From Fimbriimonadia bacterium (GTDB taxonomy: Bacteria > Armatimonadota > Fimbriimonadia > Fimbriimonadales > JABRVX01), in the NCBI GenBank assembly GCA_041483895.1, contig JBGPGO010000006.1, forward strand, positions 1 to 64,000: a stretch of 64,000 nucleotides of DNA. Reading direction: 5' to 3'. Shown in pieces: positions 29,821 through 40,062 of this stretch. The notes below the pieces were generated by a model that worked only from the letters and a program-made list of their open reading frames with translations, searched no databases and had not been told where the DNA came from. Made by a program: the position numbers and the translations under genes. Position 1 is the first letter of the stretch. Every line of letters begins with the position of its first letter.

Positions 29821-31854
29821 ATGTTCGCCGCCATTCTCTTTCTAGCAATGCACATCTCCAGCGCCGTGGAAATCTTCGTGTCGCCGAACGGCAACGATCG
29901 TTGGAGCGGATCGATCGCCGCGCCGAATGCGAAGCACAGTGACGGGCCGCTTGCCACCATCGCCGCCGCGTCCCAACGGGCGGCAACGCTATGCTCCGGC
30001 GGCAAGGTCGTAACGGTATTGCTCCAAAAAGGGACGTATCCGCCCATCCGTCTCACTTGGCGGGATTCGGGCGTCGGCGGTCGCCCGATCGTATATGCGG
30101 CCTACAAGGGCGAGCGCCCTGTGATCTCTGGAGGGCTCGAGATCGCAAATTGGAAGGTTGACGCGCGCGGTTGGTGGCGCGCAAAGGTGGCGTCGGATTG
30201 GAACTTTTCGGAGCTGTGGGTCAACAGGCAGCGGCGGTACAGAACCAGACTTCCCTCGAACGGCTATTATCACATCGCGGCTCAGCTCCCTCCGACGGCA
30301 ACTTCGACGGCGAAGGGCAACGACCGATTTCAATTTGAGCTGGGAAGCGTCAAGGCGGATTGGTATCGCAGGCAAGACGTTGAGGTGCTTGCGTTTCACA
30401 ACTGGATCACGTCCCGGAACCGAATCAAAGACGTGGATGAGGCGAATCGGGTCGTAACATTCCGATCGCCGACCGGATTTCCCGATAGCTGGGCGGAGTT
30501 TCCGAAGGGCAACCGGTACCTTGTAGAAAATGTGCGCGAGGCGTTCGGAGCGCCGGGCCATTGGTACCTCGATCGCGGCGAGCATGAGCTGATCTATGTT
30601 CCCATGCCAGGGGAGAAACCGGATCGCGCTATTGTGATCGCGCCGGTAGTGGAGCATCTGATCGATCTGGCCGGCGACGCGGCGAACCACCGGCCCGTGC
30701 ATGACATCGTGATCCGCGGGCTTGATTTCCGTCATACCGCCTGGAACTGTCCGGAAAACGGCCGACTGTTTCCGCAGGCGGAAGCCGATCTATCGGGCGC
30801 GATTCGGATGGATGGCGCGAAGAATATCACCCTCGAAGATTGCTGCGTCGCGATGACCGGCGAATACGCGGTCGATATCGGTACCGCGTGCAAGAACATA
30901 CTGATCCGGCATTGCGCCTTTTCCGATTTAGGCGCAGGGGGAGTGAAAATTGGGGAAACGCAGTTTGTCCATGATGATGATATGCTCACCGAGCATGTCA
31001 CTGTGCAAAACTGTGTGATACAGAACGGTGGGCGGCAGCATGCTGCGGCTGTAGGTGTTTGGATTGGACAGAATCCATATATCACGGTGCGAAACAACGA
31101 TATACATGACTTCTATTACACAGGCGTTTCGGTGGGTTGGTCGTGGGGATATCAGCCCTCGGCAACACATGATAATATCATTGAAAACAATACCATCTAT
31201 GATATAGGTCAGGGCGTGCTGAGCGACATGGGTGGGATCTACACGCTGGGACTGCAGCCGGGGACGGTTCTGCGCGGAAATGTGATCCATGATATCAAAG
31301 ATTTCGCTTACGGCGGATGGGGCATCTACACGGACGAGGGTTCCACCGGCATCTTGATCGAGAACAACATCGTTTATCGCACAAAGAGCGCGGGATTCCA
31401 TCAGCATTACGGCAAAGAGAACATCATTCGCAACAACATCTTCGCCTTTGGCGAGGAAGCGCAACTGATGCGGACCCGCGTCGAGGATCATTTGTCGTTT
31501 ACGATGGAGCGCAACATCATCCTATTCAATGACAAACCACTCTTGGGCGGCAACTGGTCAGGCGCGAGCTATCATCTCGATAACAATCTTTACTGGCGCA
31601 CGGATGGCAAGCCGTTTGACTTCGCGGGACTAACTTGGGAGCAGTGGCGCGCCAAGGGCCAAGACACGCATTCCGTGATCGCCGATCCGAAGTTTGTCAA
31701 TCCGCTCAAGGGCGATTTCCGGCTCGCCAAAAGCTCGCCGGTCCTCGCCCTCGGCTTCCAACCGATCGATGCATCCAAATCCGGCCCTCGCCACCCGTTC
31801 CGCCGCGCCCTACCGAAGGCCGGCCCGGCCTTCCCGGACCCCTTCGCAAAGTGA
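29821..31854 (+). CDS. Secreted right-handed parallel beta-helix protein (probable carbohydrate-active enzyme)
   Basis: FVSPNGNDRWSG...DGPLAT, DMGGIYTLG.QPGT, GWGIY.DEGS, ADP.F. Confidence 0.88.
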   Translation: MFAAILFLAMHISSAVEIFVSPNGNDRWSGSIAAPNAKHSDGPLATIAAASQRAATLCSGGKVVTVLLQKGTYPPIRLTWRDSGVGGRPIVYAAYKGERPVISGGLEIANWKVDARGWWRAKVASDWNFSELWVNRQRRYRTRLPSNGYYHIAAQLPPTATSTAKGNDRFQFELGSVKADWYRRQDVEVLAFHNWITSRNRIKDVDEANRVVTFRSPTGFPDSWAEFPKGNRYLVENVREAFGAPGHWYLDRGEHELIYVPMPGEKPDRAIVIAPVVEHLIDLAGDAANHRPVHDIVIRGLDFRHTAWNCPENGRLFPQAEADLSGAIRMDGAKNITLEDCCVAMTGEYAVDIGTACKNILIRHCAFSDLGAGGVKIGETQFVHDDDMLTEHVTVQNCVIQNGGRQHAAAVGVWIGQNPYITVRNNDIHDFYYTGVSVGWSWGYQPSATHDNIIENNTIYDIGQGVLSDMGGIYTLGLQPGTVLRGNVIHDIKDFAYGGWGIYTDEGSTGILIENNIVYRTKSAGFHQHYGKENIIRNNIFAFGEEAQLMRTRVEDHLSFTMERNIILFNDKPLLGGNWSGASYHLDNNLYWRTDGKPFDFAGLTWEQWRAKGQDTHSVIADPKFVNPLKGDFRLAKSSPVLALGFQPIDASKSGPRHPFRRALPKAGPAFPDPFAK

Positions 31855-31862
31855 TCGTGACG

Positions 31863-32966
31863 CTATTTGGAAAACGCGAGAGCCGAATGGAGCGGCTGCC
31901 ACTTCGTGCCGAGCACCACGCGGGCCGGCAGTTGCGCCGGTTGCGTGAAGTTGTTCGTCGCCTGCGACAAAGGTATGGGGAAGGTGATTTCGAATGTCAA
32001 GATCATTTGGCCACTCGAAATCCCCTGGTCCAGCAGCTGCAAGAACGGCGACTGCTGCTCCGCGATCGGATCGATGTCCATCGCTTCCACCCAACCGCGC
32101 AGTGAAGTCCCGGTGGCGACCAGCACGCGCAGATTGCCGGTCAACGCTACGCCGCTCGGACCAACGATCATAATCGTTGAATTATTTACATCCGGCATGA
32201 AGAGCGGATTCACATTGCCCATGTGATAGCCCTTGAACTCCATATCGGGCATGATCAGTTGCGCCCCCATCAGAAAGTTGTCGTTGAACGGCATCCCGTT
32301 CTGATGGAATCCACCGAGGGCCGCGGGCGCAAACTGTTTGATTTTGCGATCCATGGAATCATAGTAATAATCGTGATTCGGATCTTCGGTGGTAGTCCCA
32401 GTCGGCTTGCCCGGATTAAGGAGACTACCTATAATGGAACACCAACGCGCCATCTGCAATGCGTCCCTGCCATTGTTTGTGTCCTTGTCATACATCGCAA
32501 ACCACTGCATGCAGAGCGCGTCATCCGCCTTGAGGGCCTGGCGGGCCGCCGCCATCGCATTCGCCTCAGCCTCGGCGGGAGTTTTCCCCTTCCCAACTAC
32601 CGCATGAAGGTCCTGCTCCTCGATTCGGGCCCAATATTCCGTTAGATCGAAGTAGTACTGCCCGTATCGAATCTGCGACGCACTGGTCCAGTCACGGATG
32701 GATGACTTCGATTTATTGAACTTGGTGGAGACTTTGATCTTCCGAAGGTGACAGGCCCACGTGCCGTCGTCCTGATCTGTCGGTGTGCTTGTCTCGTAGC
32801 TGACTTCCATTTCGGTGGTCACGGAGACATCCTTGCCATCGGGCGGCGTTCCGCCCCAAAAATCTCCTCCCCCTATCTTGCCGTAGTCTTCGTAATAGTC
32901 GGCCGATGCGCCGGACGCGCAGAACAGCACAAATCCGAACGGTAACAATTTTATGATTCGATGCAT
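31863..32966 (-). CDS. Hypothetical secreted protein
   Basis: Signal peptide ending ASA; GAGG before ATG 32966; no recognised family. Confidence 0.7.
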   Translation of the reverse strand: MHRIIKLLPFGFVLFCASGASADYYEDYGKIGGGDFWGGTPPDGKDVSVTTEMEVSYETSTPTDQDDGTWACHLRKIKVSTKFNKSKSSIRDWTSASQIRYGQYYFDLTEYWARIEEQDLHAVVGKGKTPAEAEANAMAAARQALKADDALCMQWFAMYDKDTNNGRDALQMARWCSIIGSLLNPGKPTGTTTEDPNHDYYYDSMDRKIKQFAPAALGGFHQNGMPFNDNFLMGAQLIMPDMEFKGYHMGNVNPLFMPDVNNSTIMIVGPSGVALTGNLRVLVATGTSLRGWVEAMDIDPIAEQQSPFLQLLDQGISSGQMILTFEITFPIPLSQATNNFTQPAQLPARVVLGTKWQPLHSALAFSK

Positions 32967-33035
32967 TTCAATCACCTCTTATTTTGCAATCACAATCAAT
33001 AGGAGGCCCAATAGGAAGAAACCGTTGCACGGCGG

Positions 33036-35414
33036 TCAGGAAGAAGAAGGTTCGAGCGCAGTAAGCTCTCCGAGAATTCGAATCGCCTCCTGCTTATTCA
33101 AGAAATCGTTACGACTCGCACATTGCGGCAAGAGCAGACAGGCCGGGCAGCCATCCTTGCACGGGCAGTCCTTTAGGGATTCGAGGGCGAGCGCAAACCA
33201 TTCTTGCGCCCGCTGAAAGCCCGCCTCGCAGATCCCCACCCCGCCCGGCACATCATCGAACAAAAACAGCGCCGGCGCAAGAGTCTGGTGATGCGCCACA
33301 TACCACGAGCTGCCGATATCGCGCCGATCGCAGCCCGTCAACACCGGCAGCGATGTGAGCAGCGCATGCTCGACCGCATGTACGCCACTGCCAAATCTCT
33401 CCAACGCCTCCTCTCCGCCTGGAGGGTGACGCTCCGTCGTCGCCGAGCTTTCGGTCGCAAACGGCGACGACGGAGCGTCACCCTCCAGCGGCGGCCATAT
33501 GAGCCACACACCCAGCGTGTCAAACGACCGCTGCGGCAGGTCCAAGTACTCGTAGCCCTGATACTCTTCGGTAAACAGCGACCGCTTCGTAAATCCCATC
33601 ACCTGCTGCGTAACCGTCAGGCTGCCAAAGAAAATCTTCGCGGGCCCGGCCTTCGATTCGGTGACGGAAACCTGCACATCCAACCCGGTCTCCGTATGCG
33701 CCTCCGTGTAATAGTTGACCTGCGTCCCGTTTGCATACGCGGTGGTGGCATCGATATCCAATCGCTCGATCAGATACTGCCTGCCGCGATGGAGATAGGT
33801 CGCGCCGGGATGGATAGTCTGAAACGCGCGCGCCTCCTCCACCGACGCCAGCCGCTGAAAGCTGCCCTCGACCAAGATATCGTATGTCACGCCCGACGCG
33901 CTGCGAATATCGATGTCCGCCGCCGGGTTCCGATTGTCCGGGCAGAACACACGCCCGTATCGCGCCTCTAGCATTCCGCTCTCCACCAAATCCTCCATCA
34001 CCTTGGCGGCCTCCGGCGGAAACCACGCCAATTCATCATCCGTCAGCGGCCGTTCGTAGGCAGCGCATCGCAGTTGCTGCGCGAGAATATACGGGTTGCC
34101 GGGGTTGGCCTGCGCGTGCTCGTGTGCGGCGTTGAGAAGCAGTTCCGGGTTGCGCACCATGTGCTGCTCAAGCGGATCGTTATGTGCGACGTAAAAAGCG
34201 GCCGATTCCTGCTGCCCGCGCCCTGCCCTGCCCGCCTGCTGCCAAAGGCTGGAAATGCTGCCCGGAAATCCGTTGAGAATCGCCGCGTCCAACCCGCCGA
34301 CATCAATCCCCAATTCCAAAGCATTGGTCGCAGTCACACCGATCAGGTCTCCGCCAAACAGCCGCCGCTCGATCTGCCGCCTCTCTTCCGGCGTGTAACC
34401 ACCCCGATAGGATTCGACTCGGTTCGCCAACTCCGGCGCCTTCTCTCCCAACAGCGATCGTGTGTATCGCAAAACCAGCTCGGCGGAAACTCGAGCGCGC
34501 ACAAAAGCGATGGACCTGATCCCCTCCATCACCAGGCTGGCAAATAGCTCGGTCGCTTCGCTGTTGGCGCTTCTCCTCTCACCGCCTTCGCCAATCAGCG
34601 GCGGGTTCCAGATGATAAATCGACGAAATCCCTTCGGCGCGCCATCGTTGGAGATCACCTCGCAATCCCTGCCGGTAATCGCCTTGGCCAGTTCCGCGGG
34701 GTTGCCGATTGTGGCGGAGCAGCAGACGACGCGCGGCGGCTCCGTCCCAAGGCTGGCGCACAAGCGGAAAAGCCGCCGCAAAATATTGCCAACATGGCAG
34801 CCGAAAACGCCGCGATACACATGAAGCTCATCGACCACAACATATTTCAGGTTCCGCAAAAATTCGAGCCAATAGTTGTAGGAAGGCAGGATTCCCACAT
34901 GCATCATGTCCGGATTGGTCAACACGATGTGGGCTGATTTTCGTATGGCGGAACGCTGGGCTTTCGGCGTGTCTCCATCATAGGTGGCAAATCGAAGACG
35001 ATTGCCAAGATCGAATTGGGCCAGTTTTCCGAGTTGGTCCTGAGCCAGCGCCTTGGTCGGAAAGATGTAGAGGGCCCGTGTCGATGGGTGATCGAGAACA
35101 GATTGCAGGACCGGAAGATTGTACGTTAGGGTCTTCCCGCTCGCGGTAGAAGTTAGGACGACGACGTCGCTACCGGCCCGCACCGAATTCCAAGCATCGT
35201 CTTGGTGACTGTAGAGCGAAGTGATGTTCTGCCTTCGAAGCGATTCGTTCAGATCATCATGCAAATCGACCGGAAACTCCCGATAGTCGCCAAGCGTGCT
35301 TTCCCGCAACTGCTCGAACGCGATCTGCCCTTTGTAATCGCCGGAGTTCCGCATCCGCTTCAGGAACTCTTCGATGGCGCTGTGTCCAATGACCTCTTGC
35401 GGTCGCTCTTGCAT
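33036..35414 (-). CDS. DEAD/DEAH-box helicase with DUF1998 Zn domain (Hrq1/MrfA/SftH family)
   Basis: TASGKT, PTKALAQDQ, DELH, SAT, LELGID, QQAGRAGR, C.C..GCP.C; ATG overlaps the tatC stop. Confidence 0.93.
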   Translation of the reverse strand: MQERPQEVIGHSAIEEFLKRMRNSGDYKGQIAFEQLRESTLGDYREFPVDLHDDLNESLRRQNITSLYSHQDDAWNSVRAGSDVVVLTSTASGKTLTYNLPVLQSVLDHPSTRALYIFPTKALAQDQLGKLAQFDLGNRLRFATYDGDTPKAQRSAIRKSAHIVLTNPDMMHVGILPSYNYWLEFLRNLKYVVVDELHVYRGVFGCHVGNILRRLFRLCASLGTEPPRVVCCSATIGNPAELAKAITGRDCEVISNDGAPKGFRRFIIWNPPLIGEGGERRSANSEATELFASLVMEGIRSIAFVRARVSAELVLRYTRSLLGEKAPELANRVESYRGGYTPEERRQIERRLFGGDLIGVTATNALELGIDVGGLDAAILNGFPGSISSLWQQAGRAGRGQQESAAFYVAHNDPLEQHMVRNPELLLNAAHEHAQANPGNPYILAQQLRCAAYERPLTDDELAWFPPEAAKVMEDLVESGMLEARYGRVFCPDNRNPAADIDIRSASGVTYDILVEGSFQRLASVEEARAFQTIHPGATYLHRGRQYLIERLDIDATTAYANGTQVNYYTEAHTETGLDVQVSVTESKAGPAKIFFGSLTVTQQVMGFTKRSLFTEEYQGYEYLDLPQRSFDTLGVWLIWPPLEGDAPSSPFATESSATTERHPPGGEEALERFGSGVHAVEHALLTSLPVLTGCDRRDIGSSWYVAHHQTLAPALFLFDDVPGGVGICEAGFQRAQEWFALALESLKDCPCKDGCPACLLLPQCASRNDFLNKQEAIRILGELTALEPSSS
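33419..33488. repeat. Perfect 27-bp inverted repeat (family G) inside the helicase CDS
   Basis: ctggagggtgacgctccgtcgtcgccg, 16-nt loop, cggcgacgacggagcgtcaccctccag. Confidence 0.95.
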
Positions 35415-36211
35415 CAGTCGGCCGACGCGCGTTTTCGGTCCGCCCGGCGTATCATACGCAGCACGGCGACGGTTCCAAAGTACAGGAAGACCAGGGGGAA
35501 GAACAGCATCAGCATCGAGAAGGCGTCGCCAGATGGTGTCAAGACCATCGCCGCCACCGCCATGACAACGAGTGCCTGGCGCCAATACTTCCACAGCATG
35601 TCGTCGCTGATAATGCGGAGCTTGGCAAGGGTAACCAAAATGATCGGCAATTGGAAACCCACCCCAAAGGCGAGGAACATCTTCAGGACAAAGCTGACAT
35701 AATCTTTCGGGTCTTGGAACAATTTCGCATCCGAGAAATCACTTAGAAAACTCAAAAACCACTTGAACCCCGCAGGCAAAATGAACCACGCCAACGCGAC
35801 TCCCCCGAAGAAGAGAACCACTGAAACGGGACCGACAATCTGCATCGCCTTTCGTTCGTTCGGGCGCAGGCCGGGTTTTACGAATCCCCAAAGCTGCAAG
35901 ACAAGGAATGGAGCGGTGAGGATCAGACTGATAACGAGCCCGAGACTGAAGCGCAGGAAAAACGGCGCGGCGAAACTCCGAAAGACAATTTCCAATCCGC
36001 CTGGATTTGTCATCGCCGCCACTCGCAATGGGGCCGCCAAAGCTCGATAGACGTATGGCTCGACAAGATACCCGGCGATCCAGCCGATCCCGATGACAAA
36101 AACGCTCCGAAGGACCCGCGTCCGAAGTTCATCAAGGTGCTCAACAAGGGTCGCGCGAACCTCACCCGTCTCTTCCGCTCGCTCAATCTCCGCCGGCGCG
36201 TCTACCGCCAT
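35414..36211 (-). CDS. tatC: Twin-arginine translocase subunit TatC
   Basis: LVEHLDELRTR, QLW.FV.PGL..E, FGVGFQLP, LTPSGD. Confidence 0.95.
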   Translation of the reverse strand: MAVDAPAEIERAEETGEVRATLVEHLDELRTRVLRSVFVIGIGWIAGYLVEPYVYRALAAPLRVAAMTNPGGLEIVFRSFAAPFFLRFSLGLVISLILTAPFLVLQLWGFVKPGLRPNERKAMQIVGPVSVVLFFGGVALAWFILPAGFKWFLSFLSDFSDAKLFQDPKDYVSFVLKMFLAFGVGFQLPIILVTLAKLRIISDDMLWKYWRQALVVMAVAAMVLTPSGDAFSMLMLFFPLVFLYFGTVAVLRMIRRADRKRASAD

Positions 36212-36220
36212 GCCAACGCC

Positions 36221-37618
36221 CTACTGCTTCAACAGCATATTGACTCGATACCGGATCCGGATTTTGCCTTCGAGCCCGCCGCCCGTTCCAAATCCGCCAC
36301 CACCGATCGAAGGATCTTGGCCGCCGCCACCGCCACCGCGCAGACCCGAAGGAGGTGCAACCCCCGCTCCGCCGCCGCCGGGCGCTAAACCGCCACCGCC
36401 GCGGCCGCCCCTACCACCGCCGCCCCCAGGAGCCAAACCAGCGCCGCCCGGCGCGCCGCCGCCCCCGCTGATATCGGCTCCGCCGGAAGCCGCAAGGCCC
36501 TCTACTGTATACACAGCGTCGCTCCGCACGACCGTTCCCATGTCCACTGCCAGCCAAACGTCTTGCTTGTACTCCACAGATGGGTCGGCGAATGAGGATC
36601 CCGCGACGTCAAGCGGGTGGCTGCTTTTCGGCGGCTTGCCCAATTTGAATTCATATTGAATGTGGGCGCACGGATGGTCCTGTTCCCACTCATAGCCAAC
36701 CAGCCGGCCGCTGACCGGGTTTTTGTTGTACTCTAATACGTCGTCCGCTCGCCAATAGCCGTGATATTTGAGAAGGAATTTTGCGGTCGCGGCCCAGGAA
36801 TCCCCGACCTTGTGGGCCTCAAACGGAAGCTGCGGCAGCGGCAGATAGATCCCGAAATTGTTCCGGCTGACTCCCCCTTGCAGAGGATCGTTCCAACTGA
36901 AGGAAGCGAAGTACTCCTCCGCGCCGGTTGTTGTCATTTCCACGTAGAACGGAATGATCTGCTTGGCATCCACCACATCCAAGCCGCCCTCCCGGTTCTG
37001 GAAAACCACTTTGCCCGACGGACCGATAACCGGCTGGATGCGAATCAGCCCGTTCCCGGACGGGTAAACATTGTCAATGGCGTACTGGAGGTCGAATTCG
37101 TCGTCGATCAGGACCTGCTCCGCCGCGGTTCCTCCCCGTTTCTCCTCGGCTTCCGATATGCTCAGGAGCGATGTTGTCGAGTGAATGTCATACACCCACA
37201 ACCTGCCCTGCGTAAACCTATAGCGCAGGTTGCGGCCGTCGGCAGGCACAGTGACTTGAGCGACGTTCGCAATCGTGACATTGACCTTGCTGCGATCCAA
37301 AATTGTGGTCTTGGCGCCCTGCGTGCCATGCAGAACCGCCTCGATGACGCACGGCCCATCCTTGAGTCCCCGCTTCTTTGTGTCCAGCGGATACTGGTAC
37401 ATGTTGCCCTTGACCTCGGGCAGCGTCGCCTCGATGAACTGCCCATTGACCCAGAAGGAGATGTAGCCGCCCGCAGGCACGCTGTTTTTCGGAATTTGGA
37501 TATTCACGATCTCCCGGACACGGGCGCCTTCCGCCGGCCGCACGATCGTGAACGGGGCCTGCGCCATCGCCATGCCGTACAGACCCGCCGCTAGCACTAT
37601 CGTTCCAATTGTTCTCAC
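36221..37618 (-). CDS. Hypothetical secreted protein with Ig-like N-terminus and Gly-rich loop
   Basis: GTG start with GGAGG; signal peptide; RP.EGA.V...LDT...DG Ig-like motif; LP...VGDSW. Confidence 0.75.
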   Translation of the reverse strand: MRTIGTIVLAAGLYGMAMAQAPFTIVRPAEGARVREIVNIQIPKNSVPAGGYISFWVNGQFIEATLPEVKGNMYQYPLDTKKRGLKDGPCVIEAVLHGTQGAKTTILDRSKVNVTIANVAQVTVPADGRNLRYRFTQGRLWVYDIHSTTSLLSISEAEEKRGGTAAEQVLIDDEFDLQYAIDNVYPSGNGLIRIQPVIGPSGKVVFQNREGGLDVVDAKQIIPFYVEMTTTGAEEYFASFSWNDPLQGGVSRNNFGIYLPLPQLPFEAHKVGDSWAATAKFLLKYHGYWRADDVLEYNKNPVSGRLVGYEWEQDHPCAHIQYEFKLGKPPKSSHPLDVAGSSFADPSVEYKQDVWLAVDMGTVVRSDAVYTVEGLAASGGADISGGGGAPGGAGLAPGGGGGRGGRGGGGLAPGGGGAGVAPPSGLRGGGGGGQDPSIGGGGFGTGGGLEGKIRIRYRVNMLLKQ

Positions 37619-37722
37619 TGAACGGTCCCTCCCACTGGTTGACAAAACTCTACCTTCTTCCGTCCGCGAAGTCAAGCTACAACCAAAGACGGATAAATTG
37701 CGCTTCCGGATCATTCCCCCGT

Positions 37723-37751
37723 ATAGGTCATATAAGTCCTATAGGTCCTAT
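37723..37751. repeat. 9-nt period tandem repeat (ataggtcct-like, three copies) overlapping a stop codon
   Basis: ataggtcat ataagtcct ataggtcct at. Confidence 0.7.
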
Positions 37752-38374
37752 TTCTTAAGAGACACCGCCAGCCCATCCCGAACCGGCAGGATCGTGGTCC
37801 AGAAGCCCGGGTCCTCATACGCCATCTTCGTATACCGCAAAATTGCCTGGGTCGTCGCGTCTGGGTTCGGCTCGGCCACCCGCCCGCTCCACAGCACATT
37901 ATCGGTGATGATCAGCCCCCCGGGCCGCAGCTTCGGCTTGGCGCACTCCAGGGCCTCCGGGTACCCATCCTTATCTACGTCTATTAATATGATATCGTAT
38001 GGACCGTCATAGCGCCGCAAGATCTCCATCGCGTTCCCGACCTCAAAGGTCACACGGTCCGCCAGCCCCGCCCGGCCCAAATAGTCCTTGGCCTTTGCGC
38101 TGTTCCCCGCATCGCCGTCTGTGTGGACGATGCGCCCCTCCGGCCCGGTGGCGAGGGCGAACCAGAAGGTGGAATAGCCGTAGCCGGACCCCATCTCGAA
38201 AATCCGCCGGGCGTCAATCGCCAGGGCGTACTGGTGCAAAATCCGCCCGCACAATGGGCCGATTATCGGGAAATTCTTCTCCTCCGCCACCCGCTCCATC
38301 TCCTGCAGAATCGGATGCTCCGTCGGCGCCAGGGTCTTCATATATCGGTCGACATCGGGGGTTGTGATGGTCAT
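37748..38374 (-). CDS. O-methyltransferase (caffeoyl-CoA OMT-like)
   Basis: EMGSGYGYS, DIILIDVDK..Y, LRPGGLIITDNVLW.G, DGL. Confidence 0.92.
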   Translation of the reverse strand: MTITTPDVDRYMKTLAPTEHPILQEMERVAEEKNFPIIGPLCGRILHQYALAIDARRIFEMGSGYGYSTFWFALATGPEGRIVHTDGDAGNSAKAKDYLGRAGLADRVTFEVGNAMEILRRYDGPYDIILIDVDKDGYPEALECAKPKLRPGGLIITDNVLWSGRVAEPNPDATTQAILRYTKMAYEDPGFWTTILPVRDGLAVSLKK

Positions 38375-38624
38375 GTTCTATCTCTTCGACCCGCCGCCGC
38401 CGCCAACCTTCCAACCAAATCCCAGTGCGGTGCCTTCCAGGCGGCTTCTTACGAATTCCCGTAACGCTGCCTTCCAGGCGGCATCCGCTTTTCGAGGCCT
38501 AACGATTTGATTATCCGGGATAGCAGGCATAAGGGTATACTCGCGCGCACCAAATCGTCTCTGATATAATACGATCGTCTCGCTTGGTATTCTGCAGGGA
38601 GAACGGCGGTAAAGGAGCAAAACG

Positions 38625-40043
38625 ATGTCAGAAATCACAATCAATCGCAATGACGGCACCCGAACAGGCATTGACGAATCAGCCCTCGCAGCCCTCCAAT
38701 CAAAGTTGAAGGGCAAACTGCTCACGTCCGGCGCATCCGGCTACGACGAAGCGCGAACCGTTTGGAACGCGATGATCGACAGGCGGCCTGCCCTCATCGC
38801 GCAGTGCGCGAACGCAGAAGATATCTGCCAAGCCGTCACTTTTGCGGCATCCAAAAAGCTGATGCTGGCCGTGCGCGGAGGGGGACACAATATCGCCGGC
38901 AACTCTGTGTGCGACGGCGGCATGATGATCGACCTAACACTCATGAATTCCGTCCAGGTAGACGTTCAAAACCGGACTGCGCGCGTCGGTCCCGGTGCAA
39001 ACCTCGGCGTCATCGACCAGGCAACCCAGGCGCACGGACTTGCCACGCCGCTTGGCATCAACTCCACCACCGGCATCTCCGGCCTGACCCTCGGCGGCGG
39101 GTTCGGGTGGCTAAGCCGACGCTACGGGCTCACCATCGACAACTTGATTTCGGCCGAAGTGATAGGAGCGGACGGGACGAAGCGAACCGCTTCCGCGACC
39201 GAAAACCCGGATCTGTTCTGGGCAATTCGCGGTGGCGGCGGCAATTTCGGCGTCGTCTCTTCCTTCACATTCCGCCTTCACGAAGTCGGCCCCGAAGTGC
39301 TTTCCGGCCTCATCGTCCATCCGTTCGAGCAGGCAGGCGAACTGCTGCGATTCTATCGAGACTTCGTACCATCGCTGCCGAAGGAGGCCGCGGTCTGGGT
39401 CGTCATGCGCGACGCCCCGCCACTACCATTTTTGCCGGAAGAATGGCACGGTAAGAAAGTTCTGGTCTTCGCCGCCTGCTCGTCGGGCGATTTCGCCCAG
39501 ACGGAAAAGGCGTTGGCGCCGTTGCGTTCGTTTGGCAAACCGATTGCGGACGTCATCGGCCCGCACCCATACGTCGGCTTCCAAACCGCCTTCGATCCGC
39601 TGCTCGCCCCGGGCTATCGGAACTACTGGAAGACCCACAACTTTACGGAGCTGACCGATGGGCTGTTCGACGTGTTTGTCAAACAGATCAATGCGATGCC
39701 GGGTCACGATTCGGAGATATTTTTTGGGCAGCTTGGCGGCGCTATCAACGAGGTCCCCGTCAACGCGACTGCATACAGCGCCCGCAACATCGAATATGTG
39801 ATGAACGTTCATAGCCGGTGGAACTCGCCAGCGGACGATGAAAAGGGCATCCAGTGGGCTCGCGATATCTTTGCCCAGGCGAAACCATACGCGGTGCAAG
39901 GCGGATACGTCAACTTCATGACCGAAGACGAGGGCGACCGAATCGAGTCCGTATATGGTCCGAACTACCAAAGGCTGAGGGAACTAAAGAAGAAATACGA
40001 TCCCAGCAATCTGTTCCGGATGAATCAAAACATCAAGCCGTAA
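38625..40043 (+). CDS. FAD-binding oxidoreductase with berberine-bridge-like domain
   Basis: VRGGGHN, GLTLGGGFGW, DLFWAIRGGGGNFGVV, YVNF, K.YDP.NLF. Confidence 0.94.
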   Translation: MSEITINRNDGTRTGIDESALAALQSKLKGKLLTSGASGYDEARTVWNAMIDRRPALIAQCANAEDICQAVTFAASKKLMLAVRGGGHNIAGNSVCDGGMMIDLTLMNSVQVDVQNRTARVGPGANLGVIDQATQAHGLATPLGINSTTGISGLTLGGGFGWLSRRYGLTIDNLISAEVIGADGTKRTASATENPDLFWAIRGGGGNFGVVSSFTFRLHEVGPEVLSGLIVHPFEQAGELLRFYRDFVPSLPKEAAVWVVMRDAPPLPFLPEEWHGKKVLVFAACSSGDFAQTEKALAPLRSFGKPIADVIGPHPYVGFQTAFDPLLAPGYRNYWKTHNFTELTDGLFDVFVKQINAMPGHDSEIFFGQLGGAINEVPVNATAYSARNIEYVMNVHSRWNSPADDEKGIQWARDIFAQAKPYAVQGGYVNFMTEDEGDRIESVYGPNYQRLRELKKKYDPSNLFRMNQNIKP

Positions 40044-40062
40044 CAGAAGGGAAAATGAGGAC

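Noticed and set aside
35415..35594. N-terminal extension of the helicase ORF
   Set aside because: It overlaps tatC in another frame; ATG 35414 gives a coupled start.
36270..36490. Low-complexity ccgccg tract as a DNA repeat element
   Set aside because: Explained by poly-Gly codons of the minus-strand CDS.
38431..38482. 15-nt direct repeat tgccttccaggcggc
   Set aside because: Real, but only two half-elements with no partner arm in the window; probably a decayed repeat and not interpretable here.
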